The notes under the pieces were generated by a model. That model made no database searches. It was not told the origin of the DNA and saw only the letters and a list, made by a program, of their open reading frames with translations. DNA of 50,628 nt, from IMG/VR virus record IMGVR_UViG_3300028146_000013, positions 1 through 50,628 of that record. The stretch is one strand, 5' to 3'. The position numbers were made by a program, and so were the translations under genes. Within the stretch, counting starts at the first letter, position 1; every line of letters starts with the position of its first letter. This document shows positions 6,455-14,733 of the stretch, piece by piece. Source of the stretch: a virus. Lineage: Duplodnaviria > Caudoviricetes.

Positions 6455-6881
6455 GCCGTTTGATGAGTTAACGAAGAAAGAGAAGCTTGAGCGCTGGACG
6501 AACGTGGTCCGGGTGATGCAAAAGCTGACCAAGCATCAAAGGAAGCATCACTTTTTCATGGAGAACTGGGGGGAGGAAACTGACTGCGGAACCAAAGCTT
6601 GCGCCGCAGGGTTCTGCGGGATGGACCCTTGGTTTCAGGCCCAGGGCATCGAGCTACAGCAGGATGAAAGCAAGGAAGTCTATGGGTTCAGGGTTGATAA
6701 TGTACTGCTACTTGGAAGTAGCTACTCTCTTAAAATCATGCTATCGAAGTTCTTCGGCTATGAAGGCACAAGAAAGATTTTCTATGGCGAGATAAATGAA
6801 ATCGGCAGTCAGGACCTTAACAAGACCTACGCCCAAGTCATGCGCCAGATCCGCAACCACGTGAAGGAGTTGAGCAAATGA
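6447..6881 (+). CDS. Phage protein with a CGTxxCxAG motif
   Basis: WGEETDCGTKACAAGFC; AAGGA RBS. Confidence 0.65.
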   Translation: MFKPFDELTKKEKLERWTNVVRVMQKLTKHQRKHHFFMENWGEETDCGTKACAAGFCGMDPWFQAQGIELQQDESKEVYGFRVDNVLLLGSSYSLKIMLSKFFGYEGTRKIFYGEINEIGSQDLNKTYAQVMRQIRNHVKELSK

Positions 6882-7072
6882 GCTTCGACACCCATTGGAA
6901 CGATCTAGTAGCGACCGGGGGAATCTGGACCGAAACTGACCGCAGAATCGCGAAGCTGTTCTATAATTTTGGCCAATTCGACACAGCAACAAAGGTGCGG
7001 GAGGCCTTGTATGATCCCGCGTTAGATGATAAAATTGCGCCTCCACCAATCCAAGGAGTTTCAGATGAATGA
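6878..7072 (+). CDS. Hypothetical protein
   Basis: AAGGAG RBS; ATGA overlap. Confidence 0.6.
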   Translation: MSFDTHWNDLVATGGIWTETDRRIAKLFYNFGQFDTATKVREALYDPALDDKIAPPPIQGVSDE

Positions 7073-7574
7073 CGTAGCACAGGAAAAGAGACAAGTAAAG
7101 CTGAGGAAGGAAGCGGTTTTTAGCGAAGATGGCAAGCTGAGCCATATCGCACTGACCTACAGCGACGGCACGCGGGGCGAGATCCAGGTTCCCGCCAGCG
7201 TAATGCAGGAGGCTGCAGCGACCGGGGCACTCTACAAGCTGGGGCAACTGGCGAATGGCGAAGGCGACCTTGACGTACTCAAAGCTGCAGTAGGCCAGTT
7301 GATCGAGCAGTGGCGCTCGGGCGAGTGGCGGCAGCGGGCCGAGGGCGGACAGGGTACCTCGATCATTATGAAGGCCATCATGGAGTTCAAGGGAGTCACG
7401 GCGAACACGGCGCGAGACTTCCTGGCATCGAAGACGATGCAACAGAAGATCGACATGAAGCGGATTAAGGGCCTGGATGCCATTGTGGCGCGATTGGAGG
7501 CCGAGGAAGAGGCGAAGTTGCGGGCCAAGGGCAAGATTGAGGAGGTAGACGAGAGCTTGCTGGAGGGGCTCTAG
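7065..7574 (+). CDS. Charged helical hypothetical protein, possibly DNA-binding
   Basis: AAGGAG RBS; last gene before a terminator. Confidence 0.7.
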   Translation: MNDVAQEKRQVKLRKEAVFSEDGKLSHIALTYSDGTRGEIQVPASVMQEAAATGALYKLGQLANGEGDLDVLKAAVGQLIEQWRSGEWRQRAEGGQGTSIIMKAIMEFKGVTANTARDFLASKTMQQKIDMKRIKGLDAIVARLEAEEEAKLRAKGKIEEVDESLLEGL

Positions 7575-7642
7575 GCGCGTAGGAGGCCCTACGGCGAGGG
7601 CAGGCTCTGCGACGCCGAGTCCGACTTTAACGGGCGGGAACG

Positions 7643-7671
7643 GGGGGAGCGGCGACTCCCCCTTTTCTTTT
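7643..7671 (+). terminator. Rho-independent terminator
   Basis: GGGGGAG-cggcga-CTCCCCC followed by TTTTCTTTT. Confidence 0.85.
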
Positions 7672-7681
7672 GCGCGACCCC

Positions 7682-7712
7682 TTGACAGCGGCGCAGCGCC
7701 GTGATCTACTCT
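7682..7712 (+). promoter_or_regulatory. Candidate sigma70 promoter with a palindromic spacer
   Basis: TTGACA at 7682; CGGCGC-A-GCGCCG at 7689-7701; -10 candidates TCTACT or TACTCT; directly after the terminator. Confidence 0.55.
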
Positions 7713-7757
7713 CACGTCTCCAGGCGTCGCACGTCTGCATAATGTGAGGAAATTCAA

Positions 7758-7946
7758 TTGGTTACGCATGACGAAAAGGTTGAGCGGCTCCGCTCCGTCA
7801 AGGCCATCCACGTCTCAGGCTGGGGCCGGAAGCTGGCTAAAGACGGCAAGGCCGGTTCTACCCGCAATGTGGGAGCTACCCGACGTAAAGAGATCATCTG
7901 GGCTAACAAGCAAGCCGCGAAGCGGATTAGGAAGGAGGCTAAATGA
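7758..7946 (+). CDS. Small basic hypothetical protein
   Basis: GAGGA RBS; coupled to the next ORF. Confidence 0.5.
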   Translation: MVTHDEKVERLRSVKAIHVSGWGRKLAKDGKAGSTRNVGATRRKEIIWANKQAAKRIRKEAK

Positions 7947-8149
7947 ACATCCCGGCTCTATACGCTTTGCATGAGGAACTAGGCAAGCTACTTCAAAAGG
8001 CCCGCGACTACGATTTGTCAACAGCGATCACAGCATTAAATAACTTAGGTGCAGAAACGATTGAACGCAATGATGAACTAGTGAGTCTCCGAGAAGAAGT
8101 CCGCCAGTGGCGCATCCTGGTTAATCAAGATCCTGAGAAGCCCTTTTGA
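7943..8149 (+). CDS. Coiled-coil hypothetical protein
   Basis: AAGGAGG RBS; ATGA overlap. Confidence 0.6.
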   Translation: MNIPALYALHEELGKLLQKARDYDLSTAITALNNLGAETIERNDELVSLREEVRQWRILVNQDPEKPF

Positions 8150-8252
8150 TCGCAACCCTACGACTGGTCCGCCGAACCGCGATAGCTCTAGGGATTCTAC
8201 TAGCCGCAATTGTGATATGCATCATAGCAATGGTAATTACTTGAGGTAACCC

Positions 8253-8855
8253 ATGAAAACCTTACTTTGCTTGCTTTTAATCAGCGGCTCCGCGTTAGCT
8301 CAAGACCAGACCTTTTTGGTCACTGGGACAATTACCCAAAACATGTGGGGAGTTCCCGAAACGGGAATGCTACAGTTTCAGTACACAATTAACCCGTTGA
8401 TCAATCCTGAGCAAGACCCTAGTCAGCGGGGGCCGGTTACTAGCGTCGCTTTTAGTGTCAACGGAGGAGCTTTCCAGCCTGATAACGGCTGGGGCACTGT
8501 AGACATAGCTAGTGGAGGCTTTACGCTCTATCCTGGCAGCGGAGCGATGATCAGTTACGACGCAAGACAAGGCACCATGCTTGTCTATGATTACAGCCTG
8601 AATGGCGAGTTCGCCAACGTCACGAGCGTGCAGCAAGTAAGCGCTTCGCTGCCTTCGCAGGCTCCTGAGATTGACTCGAAAGGGTGGGCGAGTGGATTGA
8701 CCCTGTTGATTGGGGGATTGTTGGTCCTGAGAGGGCGACGCTCTGCTTCCGATGAACCGGCGCAGGCGTCGCCCCCGCCTCTTGTAAAAGGTTTAGGGGA
8801 GCGGTTCGATTCCGCTGCCGGTTCCACTATCGATGGAGAATCAGAGCATGGTTGA
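8253..8855 (+). CDS. Exported protein with a PEP-CTERM-like (APEID/VPEID-CTERM) sorting signal
   Basis: Sec signal MKTLLCLLLISGSALA; APEID + TM (ASGLTLLIGGLLVL) + RGRR. Confidence 0.72.
   Translation: MKTLLCLLLISGSALAQDQTFLVTGTITQNMWGVPETGMLQFQYTINPLINPEQDPSQRGPVTSVAFSVNGGAFQPDNGWGTVDIASGGFTLYPGSGAMISYDARQGTMLVYDYSLNGEFANVTSVQQVSASLPSQAPEIDSKGWASGLTLLIGGLLVLRGRRSASDEPAQASPPPLVKGLGERFDSAAGSTIDGESEHG
8754..8826 (+). ncRNA. tRNA-like element (degenerate)
   Basis: GAACCGGC/GCCGGTTC acceptor-like stem; T-arm AGCGG-TTCGATT-CCGCT; ends TTCCA; D and anticodon arms non-canonical. Confidence 0.45.
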
Positions 8856-9045
8856 CGACAAAGAGCTTGCCGCCATCATTGCCGCCGAGATATTCGCGAT
8901 TGGCGCGGATCGTTCATCAGGCGAAAAGGTAAGCCGTATTCAGTTCATGCACGGCAGGAATCCCGAGCGTGCGGGTTGCGGATACGGCGAAAAGCCGCTC
9001 GCCGACTTCATCGAACTGGTGCTGAAAAAGCACCGTAGCTACTAA
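8833..9045 (+). CDS. Hypothetical protein
   Basis: ORF in operon; the true start may be the internal ATG after GGAG. Confidence 0.55.
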   Translation: MENQSMVDDKELAAIIAAEIFAIGADRSSGEKVSRIQFMHGRNPERAGCGYGEKPLADFIELVLKKHRSY

Positions 9046-9066
9046 CAGCGGAGAAGGTGTCAAACC

Positions 9067-9234
9067 ATGAGATATGTATATCGACGCGCGAAATGGTGGG
9101 AAGAGTTATGGGCATCGCTTGCAGCTTTGTACATCAAGGAAGAGTGCTACCACGACTGGCTAGTCGCACATCGGTTCCGAACAAGGCACTGGCTTGACGA
9201 TACTGATTCACAGTCTGATAGGGGCGCGGAATGA
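9067..9234 (+). CDS. Small hypothetical protein (55 aa, not in ORF track)
   Basis: Translated by eye; AAGGTG RBS; ATGA overlap with the next ORF. Confidence 0.5.
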   Translation: MRYVYRRAKWWEELWASLAALYIKEECYHDWLVAHRFRTRHWLDDTDSQSDRGAE

Positions 9235-9410
9235 ACGAGCTTACCAGAGAGCAACGGCAAGCTAACTCAGCGACCCACAAGACGCGCTATTCGGACTCGT
9301 CGCTCTATGATGAAGTCTGCACCGTTTGCGGCGCCCGCGACTGGACAATGGGGCCGGACGAGATCGGCGACCGCCCATGCTCTACGAATGATGCCGCAGT
9401 AAAGCCATGA
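9231..9410 (+). CDS. Small CxxC-containing protein (59 aa, not in ORF track)
   Basis: YDEVCTVCGARD; ATGA overlaps at both ends. Confidence 0.55.
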   Translation: MNELTREQRQANSATHKTRYSDSSLYDEVCTVCGARDWTMGPDEIGDRPCSTNDAAVKP

Positions 9411-9715
9411 ATATAGCTATCATCTTCCTTTGCCTAACCATTCTAGTACAGCTTTACAGCCTACGCATATGTCGGCGAACGATTGACAGCCTACGCTCAC
9501 AACTCAAGCCTCATAAATACTTTGCAATAAGTGATTCAGATTTTACGAACGCTAAGCTAGCTGAAGTAGTAGACGGTGCTGATGAGTCTATCTTTAAAAA
9601 ATGCCGCTTTGAAGGCTGCGATTTCTCTGGGCTAAAAGGTTACATCTGGCTAGATAACTGCATAGGCATAAACTGCACTGGACTTGACGAGTTGCTTAAA
9701 GGAGTTTCAAAATGA
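9407..9715 (+). CDS. Membrane-anchored protein with short pentapeptide-repeat-like segments
   Basis: N-terminal TM; SDFTNAKL and IFKKCRFEGCDFSG; AT-richer sequence. Confidence 0.5.
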   Translation: MNIAIIFLCLTILVQLYSLRICRRTIDSLRSQLKPHKYFAISDSDFTNAKLAEVVDGADESIFKKCRFEGCDFSGLKGYIWLDNCIGINCTGLDELLKGVSK

Positions 9716-9972
9716 ACAGTCCCTTTAGCGATCCCCCGCTTCCCACTCCCTGGTGGCTACGGGATGCCTCTGACCAAGAGCTAGTCCGACACCGGAAGCT
9801 GATGGATGAGCTAACCAAGCTAGAAACAGAGTGTAAGCACTCCCCAACACAGGGCGTAGGCGGTGTCTGGGTTTGCTTTAAGTGTGGGAGTGCTATGCCT
9901 ATGGCTCCAAGCTCTAACGGGCCCGACGACGGCCCCGACGACGAAGACGAAGATGACGCTGACGACATCTAA
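9712..9972 (+). CDS. Zn-ribbon-like protein with acidic tail
   Basis: CKH...CFKC; DDEDEDDADD; AAGGAG RBS. Confidence 0.55.
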   Translation: MNSPFSDPPLPTPWWLRDASDQELVRHRKLMDELTKLETECKHSPTQGVGGVWVCFKCGSAMPMAPSSNGPDDGPDDEDEDDADDI

Positions 9973-10183
9973 CTGCACTTGCCTGAAGTGCGTCCTTACC
10001 AGAGCCTATGATGCGTGGCTAACTCGTCAAGAGGAAGAGTCAGTGTCCCAAGAGGAAGTAGTTCTTGCGTGTGTGAAGTTCTTGGGAGAGGTAGTCGGCG
10101 ACATGCCCAAGTATGAAGCCTTTAAACCTATCCGTATCATCATAGCTGGCGAACGTGAAGACATTCCATTGAGGCTTAACTGA
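9863..10183 (+). CDS. Hypothetical protein (start probably internal, MTLTTSN)
   Basis: CTCLKC motif; TGATG overlap with the next ORF. Confidence 0.45.
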   Translation: MSGFALSVGVLCLWLQALTGPTTAPTTKTKMTLTTSNCTCLKCVLTRAYDAWLTRQEEESVSQEEVVLACVKFLGEVVGDMPKYEAFKPIRIIIAGEREDIPLRLN

Positions 10184-10404
10184 TGTTAATAGCTGAATGC
10201 GAGTGCGAAGAGTTTACGAAGATTTACAAAGTGATAATCAGACGTGCTGGGCATCGAATCCCACTCTACGTAACACGTTTCGCTGCTAACTGGTTAACGC
10301 CTATGATGGCAATAGCACAGGCTGCTAGAGAGGCAGACCAACTTTATCCTGACTGTCAAATCATGGACGTTCCAGATTATAGCCTTGAATTGGAAGGTGG
10401 TTGA
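10183..10404 (+). CDS. Hypothetical protein
   Basis: Coupled ORF. Confidence 0.5.
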   Translation: MLIAECECEEFTKIYKVIIRRAGHRIPLYVTRFAANWLTPMMAIAQAAREADQLYPDCQIMDVPDYSLELEGG

Positions 10405-10405
10405 A

Positions 10406-10588
10406 ATGCCTCGACATGCTGACATTAATAGACCGACGAAGCTCACGCTGATGCTGCCCGCTACCGTGCGGGCCCGGTTAGACAAACATCTCTATAGCCC
10501 TTCAATGGGAAAGGTGCCCCTGGGAGCCTATCAGGCTTTCTTTATCGAGCGCATCAATGAATACCTCGACCGCCAGCCGAGACTATGA
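10406..10588 (+). CDS. Ribbon-helix-helix-like small protein
   Basis: MPRHADINRPTKLTLMLPATVRARLD: alternating strand followed by helices. Confidence 0.5.
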   Translation: MPRHADINRPTKLTLMLPATVRARLDKHLYSPSMGKVPLGAYQAFFIERINEYLDRQPRL

Positions 10589-10886
10589 GCGGCTGGGGAA
10601 GCTTTGCGAGGCGCGGCAAGAACTCAACCGGGCGGAGTATCTGCGCTACAGCCGACTCCTCAGCGGGATCAACATGAGTGACGAAAAAGTAGCTCTCTGG
10701 CGGCAGAAGTGCGCCGACTTCACGATTACCCGAGAGGAATACGCCGAGGCGATTGCTTACCTGCGGGCCGGGCGACTCAACGCCGCCCCTCAGCCGAAGG
10801 TGAAAAAGCCTAAAAAAGCAGGCAAAAAGAGCGACCCCCGACAGGTTGACCTAACCGACTTGATTAACGAACTAGAGAAGCTATAA
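10557..10886 (+). CDS. Hypothetical protein (start uncertain)
   Basis: ORF with Lys-rich linker and helical C-terminus. Confidence 0.55.
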   Translation: MNTSTASRDYERLGKLCEARQELNRAEYLRYSRLLSGINMSDEKVALWRQKCADFTITREEYAEAIAYLRAGRLNAAPQPKVKKPKKAGKKSDPRQVDLTDLINELEKL

Positions 10887-11016
10887 TATGCGACATTATG
10901 ACTACCTTGATGCCCGACTTCACCCGCACGTGCCGGATCTGCGGCACTACGCCGACTGTTTTGGTACCGGGGCACGTTCAGCCGCGCACCGAACTCTGCT
11001 GGGCGCACTTTAGCCC

Positions 11017-11919
11017 ATGCGCTACCCCTTCCCAGAAGTCATCGACTCCTCAATCATGGGAGTCTACAAGTCCTGCCCCCAGAAGGTTTATAAGGAATAC
11101 ATCGCCAACTGGAAGTCTAAGGGCCCCTCCATACATCTTCACGCTGGAGGGGCCTTTGCGCGGGGCATGGAAGTCGCGAGGCTCAGCTTCTATGTCGATG
11201 GGCTAAGCGCTGACGCTGCAGTTGCCGCAGGCAGGGATGCCCTAGCTGAGTTCTACGGCGACTTCGACGCCGGGAGTCACGCCAAATCCCTTTCAGGGAT
11301 GATCAAGGCGTTTGACTTCTATTTCGCCAATTACCCTCTAGCTCAAGACCACCCCCCGATCATCCTTCCGGGCGGGCGCAAAGGTATTGAGTTCTCATTC
11401 GCTGAACCCCTTCCTATCCTTCATCCCGAAACCGGGAACCCGCTGATCTATTGCGGCCGGATGGACGCTATTCTGTCCGCATTTGGAGGCCAATTCATAT
11501 GCGACGAAAAGACGACAACTTCCTTGGGGCCTACCTGGGGAAAACAATGGGACCTACGGGCTCAATTCACTGGCTACGTGTGGGGCTGTGGGAAGGCTGG
11601 GATACATATCGATGGCGCTCTGATCAGAGGCGTTTCGATCTTGAAGACGAAGAACGAGACGCAGCAGGCCATCAGCTACCGCCCCGAGTTCCACGTCGAA
11701 AGGTGGTACGAGGAGTTGCTAGAGTGGGTGGAGGAGATGATCGGGTGTTGGAAGAAAGACAAGTGGAGGCATAATCTGGACCATGCGTGTGCTGACTATG
11801 GGGGCTGCGCCTTCCGCCAAGTCTGCACCTATAAAGAGGAGGCTGCAGTTAGCCATCTAGAGACATTCTTTGAGCGCCGGTTCTGGAACCCGCTGACCAG
11901 GACAGAGACACTCTTGTGA
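11017..11919 (+). CDS. Cas4-like PD-(D/E)XK exonuclease
   Basis: N-terminal SCP; GRMD...ICDEKT...QFTGY; C-terminal C-x5-C-x5-C. Confidence 0.85.
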   Translation: MRYPFPEVIDSSIMGVYKSCPQKVYKEYIANWKSKGPSIHLHAGGAFARGMEVARLSFYVDGLSADAAVAAGRDALAEFYGDFDAGSHAKSLSGMIKAFDFYFANYPLAQDHPPIILPGGRKGIEFSFAEPLPILHPETGNPLIYCGRMDAILSAFGGQFICDEKTTTSLGPTWGKQWDLRAQFTGYVWGCGKAGIHIDGALIRGVSILKTKNETQQAISYRPEFHVERWYEELLEWVEEMIGCWKKDKWRHNLDHACADYGGCAFRQVCTYKEEAAVSHLETFFERRFWNPLTRTETLL

Positions 11920-12001
11920 AGCTATTTATTATGATAGTTCTATGCGCCGCTAGTATAATAGATCAACTTATAGGGCGGAAGCTTGAAGGTACCATCGAGT
12001 C

Positions 12002-12253
12002 GTGTACACTGTTTATCATTTATTTCATAGACAACAAATGCCCCTAGCAGAGTTTGAAATCAACGAAATTTGTGTATGGCAACTCCTGTCTGGGCTTGGC
12101 GCGGCAAAGTTATGTCATCCATGGCCCCTAGAGAACACAGACAAAATGTTTGGAGATCTTGAAGTTGAGTTTGAGGCGACGGTTAAGCTATCCTCCAAGC
12201 ACTCAACCATAGCCCTCATGTCGATTAATTCCGAGGTAAAAAGGTATGAATGA
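12002..12253 (+). CDS. Hypothetical protein (start uncertain)
   Basis: ORF in an AT-richer insert. Confidence 0.35.
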   Translation: MYTVYHLFHRQQMPLAEFEINEICVWQLLSGLGAAKLCHPWPLENTDKMFGDLEVEFEATVKLSSKHSTIALMSINSEVKRYE

Positions 12254-12443
12254 AGCTCACTTCACTTCAATGACTGACCAGCAGCGATTCAACTATACAG
12301 TAGAACTTTGGATGCTATGGCAGATGCGATATCGTATAGGAGGGCCATTAGTAGAGAACTATACTAGAATAGGAAACCCTGTTGTTGCTCGCGAGATTTG
12401 GCTAGCTGAACAGTTAGGATTTAGGCATAGCCAACAAAACTAA
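12246..12443 (+). CDS. Hypothetical protein
   Basis: GAGGT RBS. Confidence 0.5.
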   Translation: MNEAHFTSMTDQQRFNYTVELWMLWQMRYRIGGPLVENYTRIGNPVVAREIWLAEQLGFRHSQQN

Positions 12444-12458
12444 AGGAAATTAAGGCAA

Positions 12459-13244
12459 ATGAAACTTACATTAATGATTGCGGCTATGTTAGCCAGTGGC
12501 TCTGCCATGGCCGATGGCCTAGCGCCAGTAGCTAGGGGGTGTCCTAACTCAGGCCACATTATGGCCTATAGAGGCACTCTAGTTGACAAGGCTCTAATTC
12601 AGAAGAACTTCAACGCTGTGATCCTTTGCAACCTGCAGCAGAACCCCAACATCAACAACTGGATTGCATCGATGAAACCGTTCGATCTAGCGAGGCTATC
12701 GACCCAGCTAGACTTAACGACCAAGCAATTCGCCGGGGTACCGACAGTGACCCAGGTTCTGGCGACGTTAGCGACCCGGCTCAACGCCTCGAATCTAGTC
12801 AAGATCCGCTCAGCATTCGGGCCCCAGACCGACGCCCAGGTGGTAGCGAGGTCCTACGCGGCGGTTCAATCGGCCTACTTCACGGCCCAGCATCCGCTCC
12901 CCATGCGACTCTCCAGGGCTCAAATTCTAGCCAACGGGCTCCAGGTTAAGGCCGGAACCGTGACGGTTCAAGGCACCATCTCAGCCTCCCCCATCCTAGA
13001 CATGACTATCTATGAGGTCTATCTTGAATACTACACCGCCGGGTGGACCATGAGTGCAGCTTTAGCAGCAGCAGGGACCTATATAGGCTCAGAACTTATC
13101 ATCGCGGCGGGGGCCGGCACAGCCGTTGGCTCTGGCATCTACTGGCTCGATGACCAGCTTAGCGAGAATATCAACATATGGATTGGTGACCAAATTGGCT
13201 CTGGTAACCTTTGCATTGGGCTAGGAGGCTCAGATTGTCTATGA
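12459..13244 (+). CDS. Exported protein with a Gly/Ala-rich hydrophobic C-terminus
   Basis: Signal MKLTLMIAAMLASGSAMA; MSAALAAAGTYIGSELIIAAGAGTAVGSGIYWL. Confidence 0.75.
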   Translation: MKLTLMIAAMLASGSAMADGLAPVARGCPNSGHIMAYRGTLVDKALIQKNFNAVILCNLQQNPNINNWIASMKPFDLARLSTQLDLTTKQFAGVPTVTQVLATLATRLNASNLVKIRSAFGPQTDAQVVARSYAAVQSAYFTAQHPLPMRLSRAQILANGLQVKAGTVTVQGTISASPILDMTIYEVYLEYYTAGWTMSAALAAAGTYIGSELIIAAGAGTAVGSGIYWLDDQLSENINIWIGDQIGSGNLCIGLGGSDCL

Positions 13245-13432
13245 AACTCATTATGATTGGGTGTCTTCTGGCGTTCGCTGGGGACTTGCTGGGCAGGCGA
13301 CTCTGGCTGTTGAACGTTCCCTTTAAGCGGCTTCGCGAGGAGGCGGCGAAGGGGAATCTGAGGCTCAGCGGCTTCCCTGCGGCTCTTTGGTTTACGGGGC
13401 TGGGGCTAGTGATTGTGGGGCTGTTCCTGTGA
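13241..13432 (+). CDS. 63-aa two-TM membrane protein
   Basis: ATGA overlap with the upstream gene; two hydrophobic segments around a basic loop. Confidence 0.65.
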   Translation: MKLIMIGCLLAFAGDLLGRRLWLLNVPFKRLREEAAKGNLRLSGFPAALWFTGLGLVIVGLFL

Positions 13433-14259
13433 GCCTTGCTGGCGTGAATGTCCTCCTTGAAGGCCCCACCGGGACCGGGAAGACCCACTCGATAGGGACC
13501 CTGGTTGACGCCGGGGTGGAGGTATTCTTTCTAGGACTGGAGTCAGGGATCGAATCGCTGATAGGCTACTATACCGACCGAGGGAAGCCCGTCCCCGATA
13601 ACCTCCACTGGCATGTTTTGAACCTTCAAGGTGACGGGTTTGGCCCCTTGCTGCAAGCAGCCGACGATATAGGATCTAAAACTCAAGACTCTCTTTACAA
13701 GATCCAAGACTTCACTAGGGCTCAGCACAATCCCTACGCCAAGGTCATCAAGACGTTGATTAATTTTGAGGATCAACGAACTGGAAAAGCGTTCGGGGCA
13801 GTAACTAATTGGGGGACTGATCGAGCGCTGGTTATCGATGGGCTAACAGGATTGGGCAACTTCGCGATGACGATGGTGGTGGGAAAGAAGCCGCTGAGAT
13901 CCCAGACCGACTGGGGGCTAGCACAGGGGCAAATTGAGAACGCTCTGCGGCTCCTGTGCGACGGCTGTGCTTGTCACTTCATCCTAATCGCGCACGTCGA
14001 GCGTGAGGTAGATGTAGTGTTTGGTGGGGCCAAGATCACCGTTAGCTCACTAGGAAAGGCTCTCCCTCCAAAGATCCCTCCGATGTTCTCGGACGTGATT
14101 CTAGCGTCCCGCGAAGGAACCAAGTGGAGTTGGTCTACCGCCAACGCAATGTGTGATCTAAAGACCAGGAATCTAGCAGTGGCTGATGGACTACCCCCAT
14201 CCTTTGGCCCGATTATTGAGCGATGGAAATCCAGGGGCGGACAATTAACACCAACCTAA
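13429..14259 (+). CDS. Sak4-like (AAA_24-type) ATPase
   Basis: Walker A GPTGTGKT, Walker B LVIDG, ILIAH; lies between a Cas4-like nuclease and an SSB-like gene; GTG start overlaps the upstream stop. Confidence 0.8.
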   Translation: MSLAGVNVLLEGPTGTGKTHSIGTLVDAGVEVFFLGLESGIESLIGYYTDRGKPVPDNLHWHVLNLQGDGFGPLLQAADDIGSKTQDSLYKIQDFTRAQHNPYAKVIKTLINFEDQRTGKAFGAVTNWGTDRALVIDGLTGLGNFAMTMVVGKKPLRSQTDWGLAQGQIENALRLLCDGCACHFILIAHVEREVDVVFGGAKITVSSLGKALPPKIPPMFSDVILASREGTKWSWSTANAMCDLKTRNLAVADGLPPSFGPIIERWKSRGGQLTPT

Positions 14260-14271
14260 AAGGTAACTCTA

Positions 14272-14724
14272 ATGTCAATCTTTGATCTTGATTCTCTTTT
14301 GAATGCCACCACCACCGAGGCCCTAGAGCGCCGTCCTCCACTTCCCGCAGGTTCCACGTTCGTCGGGATCTTAGGCGAGCCGAAAGGCCGCAACGGAGAG
14401 AAGAACGGCAAGACCTGGACTGCGGTGGACTTCCCTGTGGAGGTTGACCTGACCACCGACCCTGCAGCGGTGAAAGCAGTGGGGACCGACAAGTTAGTGA
14501 TGAAGCTAGGAATCATGCTAGACCTGAACGAGGGCGGTATGATCGACTGGGGGAAGGGCAAGAATAATGGGCTACGCCGGGTCCGCGAGGCCCTTGACAT
14601 GAACCAGGCCGGGAAGCCCTTTAGCATTGGTGCTATGCAGGGCAGGCCCATCCGGGTGGTGATCTCCCATCGTGAGCACGAAGGCGAGATCTTCGATGAG
14701 ATCGGTAGCGTTTCCAAGCCTTAA
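14272..14724 (+). CDS. Putative ssDNA-binding protein
   Basis: Position after Sak4-like gene; beta-rich; C-terminal GRPIRVVISHREHEGEIFDEI pattern. Confidence 0.55.
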   Translation: MSIFDLDSLLNATTTEALERRPPLPAGSTFVGILGEPKGRNGEKNGKTWTAVDFPVEVDLTTDPAAVKAVGTDKLVMKLGIMLDLNEGGMIDWGKGKNNGLRRVREALDMNQAGKPFSIGAMQGRPIRVVISHREHEGEIFDEIGSVSKP

Positions 14725-14733
14725 GGAACCCCC

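Noticed and set aside
7575-7640. tRNA downstream of 7065..7574
   Set aside because: Short hairpins only; no T-arm or acceptor stem and a non-canonical loop.
6741-7811. 356-aa minus-strand ORF and similar long antisense ORFs (e.g. 39060..39881, 37866..38435)
   Set aside because: Shadow frames of well-supported opposite-strand genes; no RBS or motifs.
10876-10908. dif-like site (ATAA...TTATG)
   Set aside because: Central spacer is too long and the arms do not match XerC/XerD consensus.
10898-11206. 102-aa ORF with CxxC
   Set aside because: Mostly overlaps the nuclease gene in another frame; only the first ~40 codons look plausible, so it was not called.
11017-11919. Cas4-like gene as evidence of a CRISPR-Cas system
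   Set aside because: No repeat-spacer array or other cas genes; the Sak4/SSB context indicates a phage recombination nuclease.
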